Assembly: GCA_947585595.1 (NCBI GenBank)
Contig: CANPXB010000003.1
Coordinates: 20,301-84,300, forward strand
Direction of reading: 5' to 3'
DNA from: an uncultured Bacilli bacterium
Lineage (GTDB): Bacteria; Bacillota_I; Bacilli_A; RF39; UBA660
DNA length: 64,000 nucleotides
The position numbers and the translations under genes are program-made. This document shows positions 18,080-27,823 of the stretch, one piece after another (within the stretch, counting starts at the first letter, position 1; each line of letters starts with the position of its first letter). Under the pieces are notes generated by a model. It was not told the origin of the DNA and did not search any database. It saw nothing but the letters and a program-made list of their open reading frames with translations.

Positions 18080-19840
18080 ATGATAAAGTTATTTAAAAAT
18101 TTTAATAAACAAGATATTTTAATTATTCTTATTTGTCTAGTTATGATTGTTTTCCAAGTCTGGATTGAATTAAAATTACCAGATTATATGAGTGAGATTA
18201 CTAGACTTATTCAAACTGATGGTAGTAAGATGAGTGAAATCTTAGAACAAGGTAGTTATATGTTACTTTGTGCTTTCGGTAGTTTAGCTTCAGCTATTGG
18301 TGTTGGTTATCTAGCTTCTAAACTATCAGCTAGTTTTTCAAGAACTCTTCGTAATAAAATCTTTAATAAAGTTGAAGACTTTGGTATGGCTGAAATTAAA
18401 AAGTTTTCTACCAGTAGTTTAATTACAAGAACAACTAATGATGTTACCCAAATTGAAATGTTAATTAGTATGGGTTTACAAATGATGATTAAAGCCCCAA
18501 TTATGGCCGTATGGGCTGTTATGAAAATAATTGATAAGAGTATCCAGTGGAGTATGTTAACCGCTGCTGGTGTTGTTATCTTATTATCAACTGTTATTGC
18601 TTTAATGATTATTGTTTTACCTCGTTTTGCTAAAGTTCAAAAATTAATCGATCGTGTTAATGGGGTAACCAGAGAAAACTTAACTGGTATTAGAGTAATT
18701 AGAGCTTTTAATGCTGAAGAGTTTCAATCAAATCGTTTTGAAGAAGTTAATAATGATTTAACTAATACCCAATTATTTAATCAAAGATGTTTTGCGATCA
18801 TGAATCCAATGATGAACTTTGTTATGCATTTCTTAACTTTAGGTATTTATTTTATTGGTGCTTTAATGATTGTTAAAGCTGGTATGGTTGAAAAAGTAAA
18901 CTTATTTAGTAATATGGTCGTATTCTCTAGTTACGGAATGCAAGTTATTATGTCATTCTTAATGTTAGCAATGATTTTCATGATGGTACCAAGAGCTCAA
19001 GTATCAGCTAATCGTATTAATGAAGTTTTAGATGAAACTATTGATATTACTGATGGTCAATTTAATGATGAACCAAAAGAAAAGGGTACAGTTGAATTTA
19101 AAAATGTCTCATTCAAATATCCTGATGCTGATGAATACTTACTTAAAGATATTTCATTTAAAGCTAATAAAGGTGAAACAATTGCTTTCATTGGTTCTAC
19201 TGGTAGTGGTAAATCTACTTTAATTAACTTAGTCCCAAGATTTTATGACGCTACTGATGGTGAAGTCTTAGTTGATGGTATCAATGTTAAAGAATATAAA
19301 CAAGAAACTCTACATAATAAAATTGGTTATGTTCCCCAAAAAGCAGTCATGTTTACTGGAACTGTTTCTGAAAATGTTAGTTATGGAGATAATGGTCGTA
19401 AGAAACCATCTTTAGATAAAATTAAAAAAGCTATTGATGTTGCTCAAGGAACTGATTTCGTTACTAAAATGGAAGATAAATATGAATCACATATCGCTCG
19501 TGGTGGTACTAATGTAAGTGGTGGTCAAAAACAAAGACTTGCTATTGCTAGAGCTATCGCCCGTGATCCTGAAATCTATATCTTTGATGATTCATTCTCA
19601 GCTTTAGATTATAAAACTGATGCTGTTCTTCGTAAAGAACTAAAAAAATATACTAAAGACGCAACTAGTTTAATTGTTGCTCAAAGAATAGGTACTATTA
19701 TGAATGCCGATAAAATAATCGTTCTAGATAAAGGTGAATGTGTGGGTATTGGTACCCATAAAGAATTACTTAAAAATTGTGAAGTGTATAAAGAAATAGC
19801 TTTATCACAACTTTCAAAGGAGGAGTTAGACAATGCCTAG
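18080..19840 (+). CDS. ABC exporter fused permease/ATPase, subunit 1 of a heterodimer
   Basis: Six-TM exporter domain. Walker A GSTGSGKST, signature VSGGQKQR, Walker B IYIFDDSFSALD. Confidence 0.9.
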   Translation: MIKLFKNFNKQDILIILICLVMIVFQVWIELKLPDYMSEITRLIQTDGSKMSEILEQGSYMLLCAFGSLASAIGVGYLASKLSASFSRTLRNKIFNKVEDFGMAEIKKFSTSSLITRTTNDVTQIEMLISMGLQMMIKAPIMAVWAVMKIIDKSIQWSMLTAAGVVILLSTVIALMIIVLPRFAKVQKLIDRVNGVTRENLTGIRVIRAFNAEEFQSNRFEEVNNDLTNTQLFNQRCFAIMNPMMNFVMHFLTLGIYFIGALMIVKAGMVEKVNLFSNMVVFSSYGMQVIMSFLMLAMIFMMVPRAQVSANRINEVLDETIDITDGQFNDEPKEKGTVEFKNVSFKYPDADEYLLKDISFKANKGETIAFIGSTGSGKSTLINLVPRFYDATDGEVLVDGINVKEYKQETLHNKIGYVPQKAVMFTGTVSENVSYGDNGRKKPSLDKIKKAIDVAQGTDFVTKMEDKYESHIARGGTNVSGGQKQRLAIARAIARDPEIYIFDDSFSALDYKTDAVLRKELKKYTKDATSLIVAQRIGTIMNADKIIVLDKGECVGIGTHKELLKNCEVYKEIALSQLSKEELDNA

Positions 19841-21941
19841 ACCAGGTGGACCTATGAATAGAGTCAATGAAAAATCAAAAGATTTCTTTGGCACTATGAA
19901 AAGATTATTCTTAAGTTTAAATAATTGGCGTTATTTACTAATTATTGCTTTAATCTTAGCTATGGCTAGTGCCATTCTAGCTATTATTGCTCCTAATAAA
20001 TTATCTGATTTTGCTGATACAATTGGTGAAGGCTTAGTACCTAATACCGAAAAACTAAAAGAAGTTAGTACGGCTATATCAACTAATGTTCAAACTACTT
20101 TAGCAACATCTAGTATGATGAATCAAGCCGAAGTACCAAACGAAAATGCTACTCCAGATATGAATGCTTTATTAAGTAGTGGACTATTAAATGATTACTT
20201 AAAAGATATTAAAGTCGATGATGTCACAATTAGTGCCGCAGACCAAATTAAATTCTTAGAACTAATGAGTAGTGTGGATCCTGAATCAACAACTGATGAA
20301 TTACTATCTAAAATGGATGAATTACCAAGTTCTATCTATGAATTAGTTAAACCTCAAATGAATATGGATGAAGTATATCATATTGCTATCGTTTTAGCTT
20401 CCTTTTATATAATTAGTGCAATTTTTAGTTATGTACAACATTATTCAATGGCTACAATCTCTAATAATTTTGCTAGAAAATTAAGAAGTAGTATTAGTAC
20501 AAAGATTAATAAATTACCACTAAAATATTTTGATCAACATGAAGCCGGTGATGTCTTATCTCGTGTTACTAATGATGTTGATATGATTGGTATGAATATG
20601 AATCAAAGTTTAGCCATGTTAGTTGCTAGTATTACTTTATTTGTTGGTTCTATCATTATGATGTTTGTTACTAACTGGACTATGGCTATAACAGCTATCT
20701 TAGCTAGTCTTATTGGTTTTGCTCTAATGTTCTTAATCTTAGGCAAATCACAAAAATACTTTAATCAAAGACAAATTGAATTAGGTAACTTAAATGGTTA
20801 TATCGAAGAAATATATTCTGGTCATAATGTTGTTAAAGCATACAATGGTGATAAAGAAGCTGTTGCTGAATTTAAAAAATTAAATAATAGATTATATGAT
20901 TGTAATCGTAAGAGTCAATTCTTATCAGGTGTTATGCAACCTATAATGGGTTTTGTTGGTAACTTAAGTTATGTTGCTGTTTGTGTCGTAGGTGCTTTAC
21001 TTACTATGAATGATGTTATCTCATTTGGTGTTATTGTCGCTTTTATGATATACGTTCGTTTATTTACTAACCCATTATCGCAAATTGCTCAAGCTATGAC
21101 GACCTTACAATCAACAGCTGCGGCTTCTGAAAGAGTCTTTGAATTCTTAGATGAAAAAGAAATGCCTTTAGAAAATGAAAAGATTACGCATTTAGATAAA
21201 TCTAAAGTTAAAGGTGAAATTGAATTTAAAAATGTTAAATTTGGTTATGATCCAGGTCGTACTATCATTAAAAACTTTAGTGCTATAGCTAAACCAGGTC
21301 AAAAGATTGCAATCGTTGGACCCACTGGTGCTGGTAAAACTACTATGGTTAACTTACTTATGAAATTCTATGATATTAATGATGGTGATATCTTAATTGA
21401 TGGTGTTTCCACTAAGAATCTAACTAGAGAAAATATTCATGATTTATTTGTTATGGTTTTACAAGATACTTGGTTATTTGATGGTACTATTCGTGAAAAT
21501 ATCAAATTTAATAAAAAAGACGTTACAGATGAAGATATCTGGTCATCTTGTCGTACAGTCGGTATTGATCACTTTGTTAAAACTTTATCCGGTGGTCTAG
21601 ATTCTGTTATTACTGATGATACTTCCGTAAGTCAAGGTCAAAAGCAATTACTAACTATTGCTCGTGGTATGATTGAAGACGCGCCATTCCTAATCTTAGA
21701 TGAAGCTACAAGTAATGTTGATACTCGTACAGAAGAATTAGTCCAAAAAGCCATGGATAAATTAACTGAAGGAAGAACTTCATTTATTATTGCTCACCGT
21801 TTATCAACTATTAAAAATGCTGATCTAATTCTTGTTATGAATGAAGGTAATATCATTGAACAAGGTACTCATGATGAACTAATGGCTCAAGGTGGCTTCT
21901 ACGAAAAACTATATAATAGTCAATTTGAAAAGACAGCTTAA
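19833..21941 (+). CDS. ABC exporter fused permease/ATPase, subunit 2, with a large insertion in the first extracytoplasmic loop
   Basis: 8-nt overlap with subunit 1. Walker A GPTGAGKTT, signature VSQGQKQL, Walker B LILDEATSNVD. About 125 aa separate TM1 and TM2. Confidence 0.9.
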   Translation: MPRPGGPMNRVNEKSKDFFGTMKRLFLSLNNWRYLLIIALILAMASAILAIIAPNKLSDFADTIGEGLVPNTEKLKEVSTAISTNVQTTLATSSMMNQAEVPNENATPDMNALLSSGLLNDYLKDIKVDDVTISAADQIKFLELMSSVDPESTTDELLSKMDELPSSIYELVKPQMNMDEVYHIAIVLASFYIISAIFSYVQHYSMATISNNFARKLRSSISTKINKLPLKYFDQHEAGDVLSRVTNDVDMIGMNMNQSLAMLVASITLFVGSIIMMFVTNWTMAITAILASLIGFALMFLILGKSQKYFNQRQIELGNLNGYIEEIYSGHNVVKAYNGDKEAVAEFKKLNNRLYDCNRKSQFLSGVMQPIMGFVGNLSYVAVCVVGALLTMNDVISFGVIVAFMIYVRLFTNPLSQIAQAMTTLQSTAAASERVFEFLDEKEMPLENEKITHLDKSKVKGEIEFKNVKFGYDPGRTIIKNFSAIAKPGQKIAIVGPTGAGKTTMVNLLMKFYDINDGDILIDGVSTKNLTRENIHDLFVMVLQDTWLFDGTIRENIKFNKKDVTDEDIWSSCRTVGIDHFVKTLSGGLDSVITDDTSVSQGQKQLLTIARGMIEDAPFLILDEATSNVDTRTEELVQKAMDKLTEGRTSFIIAHRLSTIKNADLILVMNEGNIIEQGTHDELMAQGGFYEKLYNSQFEKTA

Positions 21942-21952
21942 ACTGTCTTTTT
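21929..21952 (+). terminator. Rho-independent terminator
   Basis: Stem AAAGACAG / CTGTCTTT. The stop codon lies in the loop. Confidence 0.65.
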
Positions 21953-21967
21953 AATATTAATAAATTA

Positions 21968-21976
21968 TGTTATAAT
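21968..21976 (+). promoter_or_regulatory. TG-extended -10 element (TGTTATAAT)
   Basis: Lies 25 nt upstream of the 22001 start. Confidence 0.45.
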
Positions 21977-22000
21977 AAAACAAGAATAAGAGGGTATTTT

Positions 22001-22477
22001 ATGGCAAAGACAATCGTGAATAAACTATTTAGTAAAGATGTTATAAATGCAATGAATGATATCTTAAAAGAAATAGTATATATGAACTATGATGTTGAAC
22101 AAATCTGTAAAGAATTATCATCTTTAAATGAATCTATTAGAGTAGGTTTATATTTAATGGCTTTAGAAAATAATTATGATGAAATAGCTATTCGTATCAG
22201 TAATGCTAATAAAGCTTTAAATGAAGAAAGAAAAAATAATTTCTTAAAAGCTTATGAAGATGGTGAAGTAGATAAATTCTTAAGTTTATTAGGTCGTCAA
22301 GATAAAATATCTTTAATGAGTGATTTAGGTATTGATGGTTCATTACGTGAAAGAGCTAATATGTCTGATGAAAAGAAAAAATATTATAAAATAATTAGTG
22401 ATTCAATCTTTAAAGATCAAGAATTAGATCAAAGAGATGGAATTGATAATTTTATAACATATCATCAAGATGCTTAA
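22001..22477 (+). CDS. Hypothetical protein
   Basis: RBS AAGAGGG. Helical, no TM segment, no family recognised. Confidence 0.5.
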   Translation: MAKTIVNKLFSKDVINAMNDILKEIVYMNYDVEQICKELSSLNESIRVGLYLMALENNYDEIAIRISNANKALNEERKNNFLKAYEDGEVDKFLSLLGRQDKISLMSDLGIDGSLRERANMSDEKKKYYKIISDSIFKDQELDQRDGIDNFITYHQDA

Positions 22478-22497
22478 TTTATTAAGCATTTTTATTT
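22471..22497 (+). terminator. Rho-independent terminator
   Basis: Stem TGCTTAA / TTAAGCA followed by T5. Confidence 0.6.
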
Positions 22498-22543
22498 GCC
22501 TAACTTTATTTAAAGTGGTATTGTTTAATTAGGATGTGATTAA

Positions 22544-23467
22544 ATGAATATTCTTGCTAATATACAAACTTCTATATCTTATGTTAAAGATCATTCAAAG
22601 TATGTCAAAGTAAATTATGAAGAAATAGATAAACAAATAAATAATATTGATTTTACTAAAGTAAGTTTTTGGTTAGATAACAATCCCTATGGTATTTTAG
22701 ATTTAACCTACGAAGATTTATTTACTTTCTTACTTATTTTTCATTCAATAGGTGATTACTGTTTCTGGGGTGACCCTAAATGGGAAATTAAAGTAGATAA
22801 TAAAACTTTAGATGGTTCATATGCCATTATGTATTTAATAATTAATAAGTTTAAAGAAGATAAAACCTTTAAAATGACATATGCTGAATTTAAAGAATTC
22901 TTAAAAGGTAATATTGAAATCCCATTACTTAAAGAAAGATATGAATGTTTAAAAGAAGTATATACTTACTTAGATAATCATAATTTCTATCAAGAAATAA
23001 AAGATATGAATGATGATATAACCTTACTAAATTATCTAATAAATAATTTTACTTTCTTTAAAGATACAAGCATGTATGAAGATCATGAAATATCTTTCTA
23101 TAAAAGAGCTCAACTAATTACTTCTGATATCTTACATATTAAAAAAATATGTGGTCATGAAAAAGTTAACTATTCTCATTTACTAGGTTGTGCTGATTAT
23201 AAAATCCCTCAAGTAATGAGATGTTATGGCATGTTAGAATTTAATGAAGAATTAGCTGGCCTAGTTGATAATAAAAAAGAACTACCTAAAGATAGTGCTA
23301 TGGAAGTAGAAATTCGTGCTTTAACTATAGCTGTTATTGATTATATATATCATAAATTAGATGGTAAAGTTTCTCGTATGGATATTAATGATTTAATCTG
23401 GTTAATGGGTCAAGATAAGAGTAAGATGACTAAGAATTATCATCGTACTTTAACAATTTGTTATTAG
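22544..23467 (+). CDS. Queuosine-salvage family protein (Qng1 / DUF2419)
   Basis: DUF2419 signatures are present: GDYCFWG, FYKRAQLITSD, CADYKIPQVMRCYGML, EVEIRA, DINDLIW. Confidence 0.8.
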   Translation: MNILANIQTSISYVKDHSKYVKVNYEEIDKQINNIDFTKVSFWLDNNPYGILDLTYEDLFTFLLIFHSIGDYCFWGDPKWEIKVDNKTLDGSYAIMYLIINKFKEDKTFKMTYAEFKEFLKGNIEIPLLKERYECLKEVYTYLDNHNFYQEIKDMNDDITLLNYLINNFTFFKDTSMYEDHEISFYKRAQLITSDILHIKKICGHEKVNYSHLLGCADYKIPQVMRCYGMLEFNEELAGLVDNKKELPKDSAMEVEIRALTIAVIDYIYHKLDGKVSRMDINDLIWLMGQDKSKMTKNYHRTLTICY

Positions 23468-23476
23468 GAGGTATTA

Positions 23477-24555
23477 TGACAAAGTATTGTAAGGTAATGT
23501 TTGGTACCACATCAGGTGCTAAAAGTGATTTTAAATATAATATAAATGATATAACTATCGCTAACACTTGGAATAAAGAAGGTAAGACTCCCGAAGAAAT
23601 GGGTGGCTTTAACTATACTACGGAAGACTCACTAATAAGATGGTTACATCGTGGTGATACTATGTATGATGTTACCATTCCTGATGACGCTGAAACTGTT
23701 AAATTAGAAGGAGCAACAACCGTTTATCGTGCTAACAAAATAATTATTAGTAATCCTAGACCCGTTAATGATAACGTAGCTCTTCATCTATATCAAATAT
23801 CTAATATACCTGAAAAATCATATTATAAAGCTCTAGCAGCTGTAAGTGTTATGAATTACAAAAACACTGCTTTAGCTATCTTAAAAGATAAAGTAAATAA
23901 AGATAATATTGATACAGTCTTAGATGAATGGCATAATTTTATTTCTCATGGTGGTAACAATGATCGTCAAGATATTTCTTTAGTTGAAGAAATAGAAGAA
24001 TACTTAAATGAAATAAAATCAGATTTACTAATAACTAGATTCATTGATAAAGAACCATATCGTAAAGTAATAACTAAAGATAAAATAATTAATTTAACTG
24101 GTGAATCAGGTAGTGGTAAATCATATTATACCAAGTCTTTAGATGATAATTATTTAATAATTGATACTGATATTCTCTTTAGTGATAAGCCTTGTAATGA
24201 AACTATTGCTAACTTAAGAAACATGTTTATAACTAAGTATGGTAAACTACCAAATCTAATTGAAGAATTTGATACCTGTTATCAAGATATACTTAATTAC
24301 TTTAAAGATGTTGATAAATACATAGTTATTGACAGTGCTCAATATCGTAACATAAAAGATTTATCTTTATTAAAAGGCGAAATAATTATCATGCGTACTT
24401 CAGCTAATACCTGTTATGAAAGATGTATCTCTAGATATATGACTAAACCAAATATAAACAAAGATGAATTAGAAAAATATAAAGAACGTAAAAAAGCCAT
24501 CTTTACTTGGTATCATAGTATTAATAAATTACTAGAAAGAATAGATAATCTATAA
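23477..24555 (+). CDS. Two-domain protein: unknown N-terminal domain plus C-terminal P-loop kinase-like domain
   Basis: ATG at 23477 with RBS AGGAGG, 9 nt after the Qng1 stop. Walker A GESGSGKS followed by IIDTD. The size and shape fit small nucleoside/nucleotide kinases. Confidence 0.5.
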
Positions 24556-24578
24556 TATAGATATATCTATTTTTTTTA
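24541..24578 (+). terminator. Rho-independent terminator
   Basis: A 13-bp stem (ATAGATAATCTAT / ATAGATATATCTAT, one bulge) followed by T8. It overlaps the stop codon. Confidence 0.7.
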
Positions 24579-24606
24579 TTTATGTCACATTTAACTAAAA
24601 CAAATC

Positions 24607-24618
24607 GTTATATATACG
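24607..24618 (+). repeat. GTTATATATACG motif, copy 1 (shared with 39852-39863)
   Basis: An identical 12-mer lies upstream of both paralogous sigma-factor genes. Confidence 0.5.
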
Positions 24619-24631
24619 GAAGGAGAAAGAT

Positions 24632-25111
24632 ATGCAAAATGAATGGTTTATAAAAATATTTAATTTATATATCGATGATATTTATCGCTTATCATATAGC
24701 TATACCCATAATCGTTTTGATTCCGATGATATAACCCAACGTGTCTTTATGAAATTCTTTAAAAATATCGATAAGATAAATAAAGATGAAAAAGAAGTTC
24801 ATAAATGGTTAATTGTTACAACAGTTAATGAATGTAAAGACTTATTTAAAAACATCTGGCACCAAAGAATTAATCCTTTAGGGGATAGAGATATTGATAT
24901 CGAAGATGAACCTAAAGATGATAATGAATTTAAATATTATTTATTAAAACTTCCTAAAAAATATCGTCTTGTCTTCCATTTATATTATTACTATGGTTAT
25001 AGTACTAAGGAAGTCGCTAAAATATTAAAAATGAAAGAAACTACAATAAGACAATTATTATCAAGAGGAAGAAAAATTTTAAAATTAGAAAAGGAGAAAG
25101 AGAATGACTGA
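24632..25111 (+). CDS. ECF-like sigma-70 family RNA polymerase sigma factor
   Basis: Region 2 (DDITQRVFMKFF, KWLIVTTVNECKD) and region 4 HTH (YGYSTKEVAKILKMKETTIRQLLSRGR). Confidence 0.85.
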   Translation: MQNEWFIKIFNLYIDDIYRLSYSYTHNRFDSDDITQRVFMKFFKNIDKINKDEKEVHKWLIVTTVNECKDLFKNIWHQRINPLGDRDIDIEDEPKDDNEFKYYLLKLPKKYRLVFHLYYYYGYSTKEVAKILKMKETTIRQLLSRGRKILKLEKEKEND

Positions 25112-25904
25112 CTTTAAAAAAGAATACAATGACTTTTATTCAAATATTAAAGCAAGTAAAAAGTTAAAAAATTCGATAATGGATAATACAGTTAATAAAG
25201 TTAAAGTTAAAAGAAGTTTATTATTTAGAATTTGTTTAAGTGCTTCATGTTTCATCTTTGCTATAGCCATAATTGGTATCAGTTATGTTTCAGCTAAAAC
25301 TCTAGAAAATGTTGTTCAAAAATATTTAATCAATAAAACTTTAGAAAAGCCTGCTGAAGAATCTGAAACAGGTGAGGACGTTTATTCATGTAGTGCTGAA
25401 ATACCAATTAATTATCACGTAAATGTCGATTCACAAATCGAAAAAGACCCGATAAAAAAAATTAGTGTTGAAGATATAGAAAAAGAACTAGGTGTTCATA
25501 TATTAAGTAACGAAGATTTATATGATGGATACAGAGTTGTGAACGTCGAAAGAGAAGGCAATAAAATTTCTACGTTTACACTATTGGGAATATATAGAAC
25601 ATCGCCTGCTTCAATGCATATGCTAGTAAAAGCCCTTACACCTAATGCTTCAGAAGAATTCATTAATGAACATCCATTCTTATATAAATATGACTGTAAA
25701 GATTATAACTATGAAAAAATAACTACCAAGAATGGTATCGATGTATATTTCTATGATGATCCAAGTGTTCAAAGAATAGATAGAATACCAGGTCCCATTC
25801 AACATGTTCCAGCTTATTTCGTTTATGATGATATAGGTTATATGATAGTGTATTATATAATAGATAAAGAACAAGTCATTGAATTTGTTGAATCACTAAG
25901 CTAA
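25104..25904 (+). CDS. Putative anti-sigma factor (single TM, DUF4367-like C-terminal domain)
   Basis: 8-nt overlap with the sigma gene. Short cytoplasmic N-terminus, one TM helix, and an extracytoplasmic domain ending in YFVYDDIGYMIVYY...EQVIEFVESL. Confidence 0.6.
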   Translation: MTDFKKEYNDFYSNIKASKKLKNSIMDNTVNKVKVKRSLLFRICLSASCFIFAIAIIGISYVSAKTLENVVQKYLINKTLEKPAEESETGEDVYSCSAEIPINYHVNVDSQIEKDPIKKISVEDIEKELGVHILSNEDLYDGYRVVNVEREGNKISTFTLLGIYRTSPASMHMLVKALTPNASEEFINEHPFLYKYDCKDYNYEKITTKNGIDVYFYDDPSVQRIDRIPGPIQHVPAYFVYDDIGYMIVYYIIDKEQVIEFVESLS

Positions 25905-25910
25905 AACTAT

Positions 25911-25952
25911 AAAGATTAGTTAACAATAGGAGATATAACTAATCTTTTTTTT
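25911..25952 (+). terminator. Rho-independent terminator
   Basis: Perfect 12-bp stem AAAGATTAGTTA / TAACTAATCTTT followed by a T-run. Confidence 0.75.
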
Positions 25953-26016
25953 GGACTTAAATTTGTCATATATCAATCATAATGATAAAATAAACTAGTA
26001 CTTAGGGGTTGATAAA

Positions 26017-27771
26017 ATGAAGAAGAAAGAATCAATATTTAAAAAACTATATAAAATGTTATCTAAAAAACAAAAAATTAATTTTATATTAATTATTTTT
26101 ATCATGATTGTATCTGCTTTATTAAGTCAGTTATTACCATTAGCTATTGGTCATTTAACAGATGATATTTTATCTCAAACAGAATTATCTTTTATTGCTG
26201 TTATACCATTTTTAGGTTTCATTTTAGTTGTTACTGTCTTTAATGAAATAATTAAAATAGTCAGACGTTTAATTGTTGAAGATACTTGTACTCGTTGTGA
26301 AAAAGAAGCCCGTACTAAAGCTATCTCATCTTTATTACATGCCCCACTTGATTACTTTAAAAAGAATATGACTGGTAATATTCATGGTCGATTAAATCGT
26401 AGTTTAGAGGGAACAGTTCGTTTACTTAAATTAATGTTTATGGATTTTGCTCCCGCTATCTTTAATGGTTTAGCTGCTATCATTGTCATCTTTACTAAAT
26501 TACCTGTTTACTTAGCTCTAATTATGTTACTAGTAATGCCAATCGGTATCTTTATTGTTCTAATTCAAATTAGATCCCAAAAAGGAATTCGTGTTGAATT
26601 AATGGAAGAAAAATCTAACATGGATGGTGTTATGGTTGAATTAATAAATGGTATTGAAGTCATAAGGGTTACTGATAGTGCTGAAAGAGAAGTAAAAAGA
26701 TTTGATGATAAGTCAGAATACTTACGTAGTAAAGAAATGAAACATCATAAAGCTATGTCTTTCTATGATTGTTTAAAATTTGTTAACGAAGCTGTCTTTA
26801 CTGTCTTAGTAATTGGTATTTCTGCTTACTTAGCTGGTGAACATATTATAAGTGTTGGTACTGTATTAACTTCATATTTATGTTTTACCCAATTAACAAC
26901 CCCATTAAGAGAATTACATCGAATCTTAGATGAATTATCTGAATCTAAAGTCTTAGCTGATGATTACTTTAGAATTATTGAATTAGACAAAGACTTCTCA
27001 TATAAAAATGTTTTTAATAAAAAGAAAGTTAATATTGAACCAATTATTGATATAAAGAATTTAAACTTTAAATATGCTAATAGTAATAAATTAGTTATTA
27101 ATAATTTAAACTTAGAAATTAAACTGGGTGAATTTATTGGTATCGCTGGTCCTTCTGGTTGTGGTAAATCAACTTTAATTAAAGTTATAACTCGTCTTGA
27201 AGAAGGAACTGGTCATATCATTGTTGATAATAAAGATATTAATAGTTTATCAAGATCTGATATTTCTAACATTATGGCTTTAGTACCTCAAAGTCCATTC
27301 TTAATTGCTGGAACTATTAAAGAAAATATTTGTTATGGTAGTGATAAAGAATATACTTTAGATGAAATTAAAGCTGCTGCAAAGAAAGCTCATATTGCTG
27401 ATTATATTGAATCTTTACCAGAAGGATATGATTCTCAAATATCTGAAGGTGGAAATAACTTATCAGGTGGTCAAAGACAAAGAATTGCTATTGCTAGAAT
27501 CTTCTTACGTAAACCAAAAATACTTATCTTAGATGAAGCAACATCTGCTTTAGATAATACATCTGAAAGAAATATTCAACATGAAATCGAATTATTACAA
27601 AAAGAAAATAATACCACTATTTTATCCATTGCTCACCGTTTAAGTACTTTAGAAAACTGTGATCGTATTTTAGTCTTTGATAAAGGCGAAATAGTTCAAG
27701 TAGGTAGATATCATAACTTAATTAAAGAAAAAGGTATCTTCCAAGATATGTATAAAGGTAAATTAAAATAG
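26017..27771 (+). CDS. ABC exporter fused permease/ATPase (homodimer type)
   Basis: Six TM helices. Walker A GPSGCGKST, signature LSGGQRQR, Walker B LILDEATSALD. Confidence 0.9.
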   Translation: MKKKESIFKKLYKMLSKKQKINFILIIFIMIVSALLSQLLPLAIGHLTDDILSQTELSFIAVIPFLGFILVVTVFNEIIKIVRRLIVEDTCTRCEKEARTKAISSLLHAPLDYFKKNMTGNIHGRLNRSLEGTVRLLKLMFMDFAPAIFNGLAAIIVIFTKLPVYLALIMLLVMPIGIFIVLIQIRSQKGIRVELMEEKSNMDGVMVELINGIEVIRVTDSAEREVKRFDDKSEYLRSKEMKHHKAMSFYDCLKFVNEAVFTVLVIGISAYLAGEHIISVGTVLTSYLCFTQLTTPLRELHRILDELSESKVLADDYFRIIELDKDFSYKNVFNKKKVNIEPIIDIKNLNFKYANSNKLVINNLNLEIKLGEFIGIAGPSGCGKSTLIKVITRLEEGTGHIIVDNKDINSLSRSDISNIMALVPQSPFLIAGTIKENICYGSDKEYTLDEIKAAAKKAHIADYIESLPEGYDSQISEGGNNLSGGQRQRIAIARIFLRKPKILILDEATSALDNTSERNIQHEIELLQKENNTTILSIAHRLSTLENCDRILVFDKGEIVQVGRYHNLIKEKGIFQDMYKGKLK

Positions 27772-27800
27772 ATTAGACTTCACTCATCTAATCTATTTTT
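27769..27800 (+). terminator. Rho-independent terminator
   Basis: Stem TAGATTAGA / TCTAATCTA followed by T5. Confidence 0.75.
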
Positions 27801-27823
27801 GTATAATAAGAATTGGTGATTAT

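Noticed and set aside
19032-19223. 63-aa plus-strand ORF in an alternative frame of the ABC exporter gene
   Set aside because: It overlaps the Walker A region of a clear ABC domain in another frame. The translation is a hydrophobic, Leu/Met/Lys-rich artefact.
25680-25874. 64-aa minus-strand ORF inside the anti-sigma gene
   Set aside because: It is an Ile/Tyr/Asn-rich chance frame in AT-rich DNA, with no signals.
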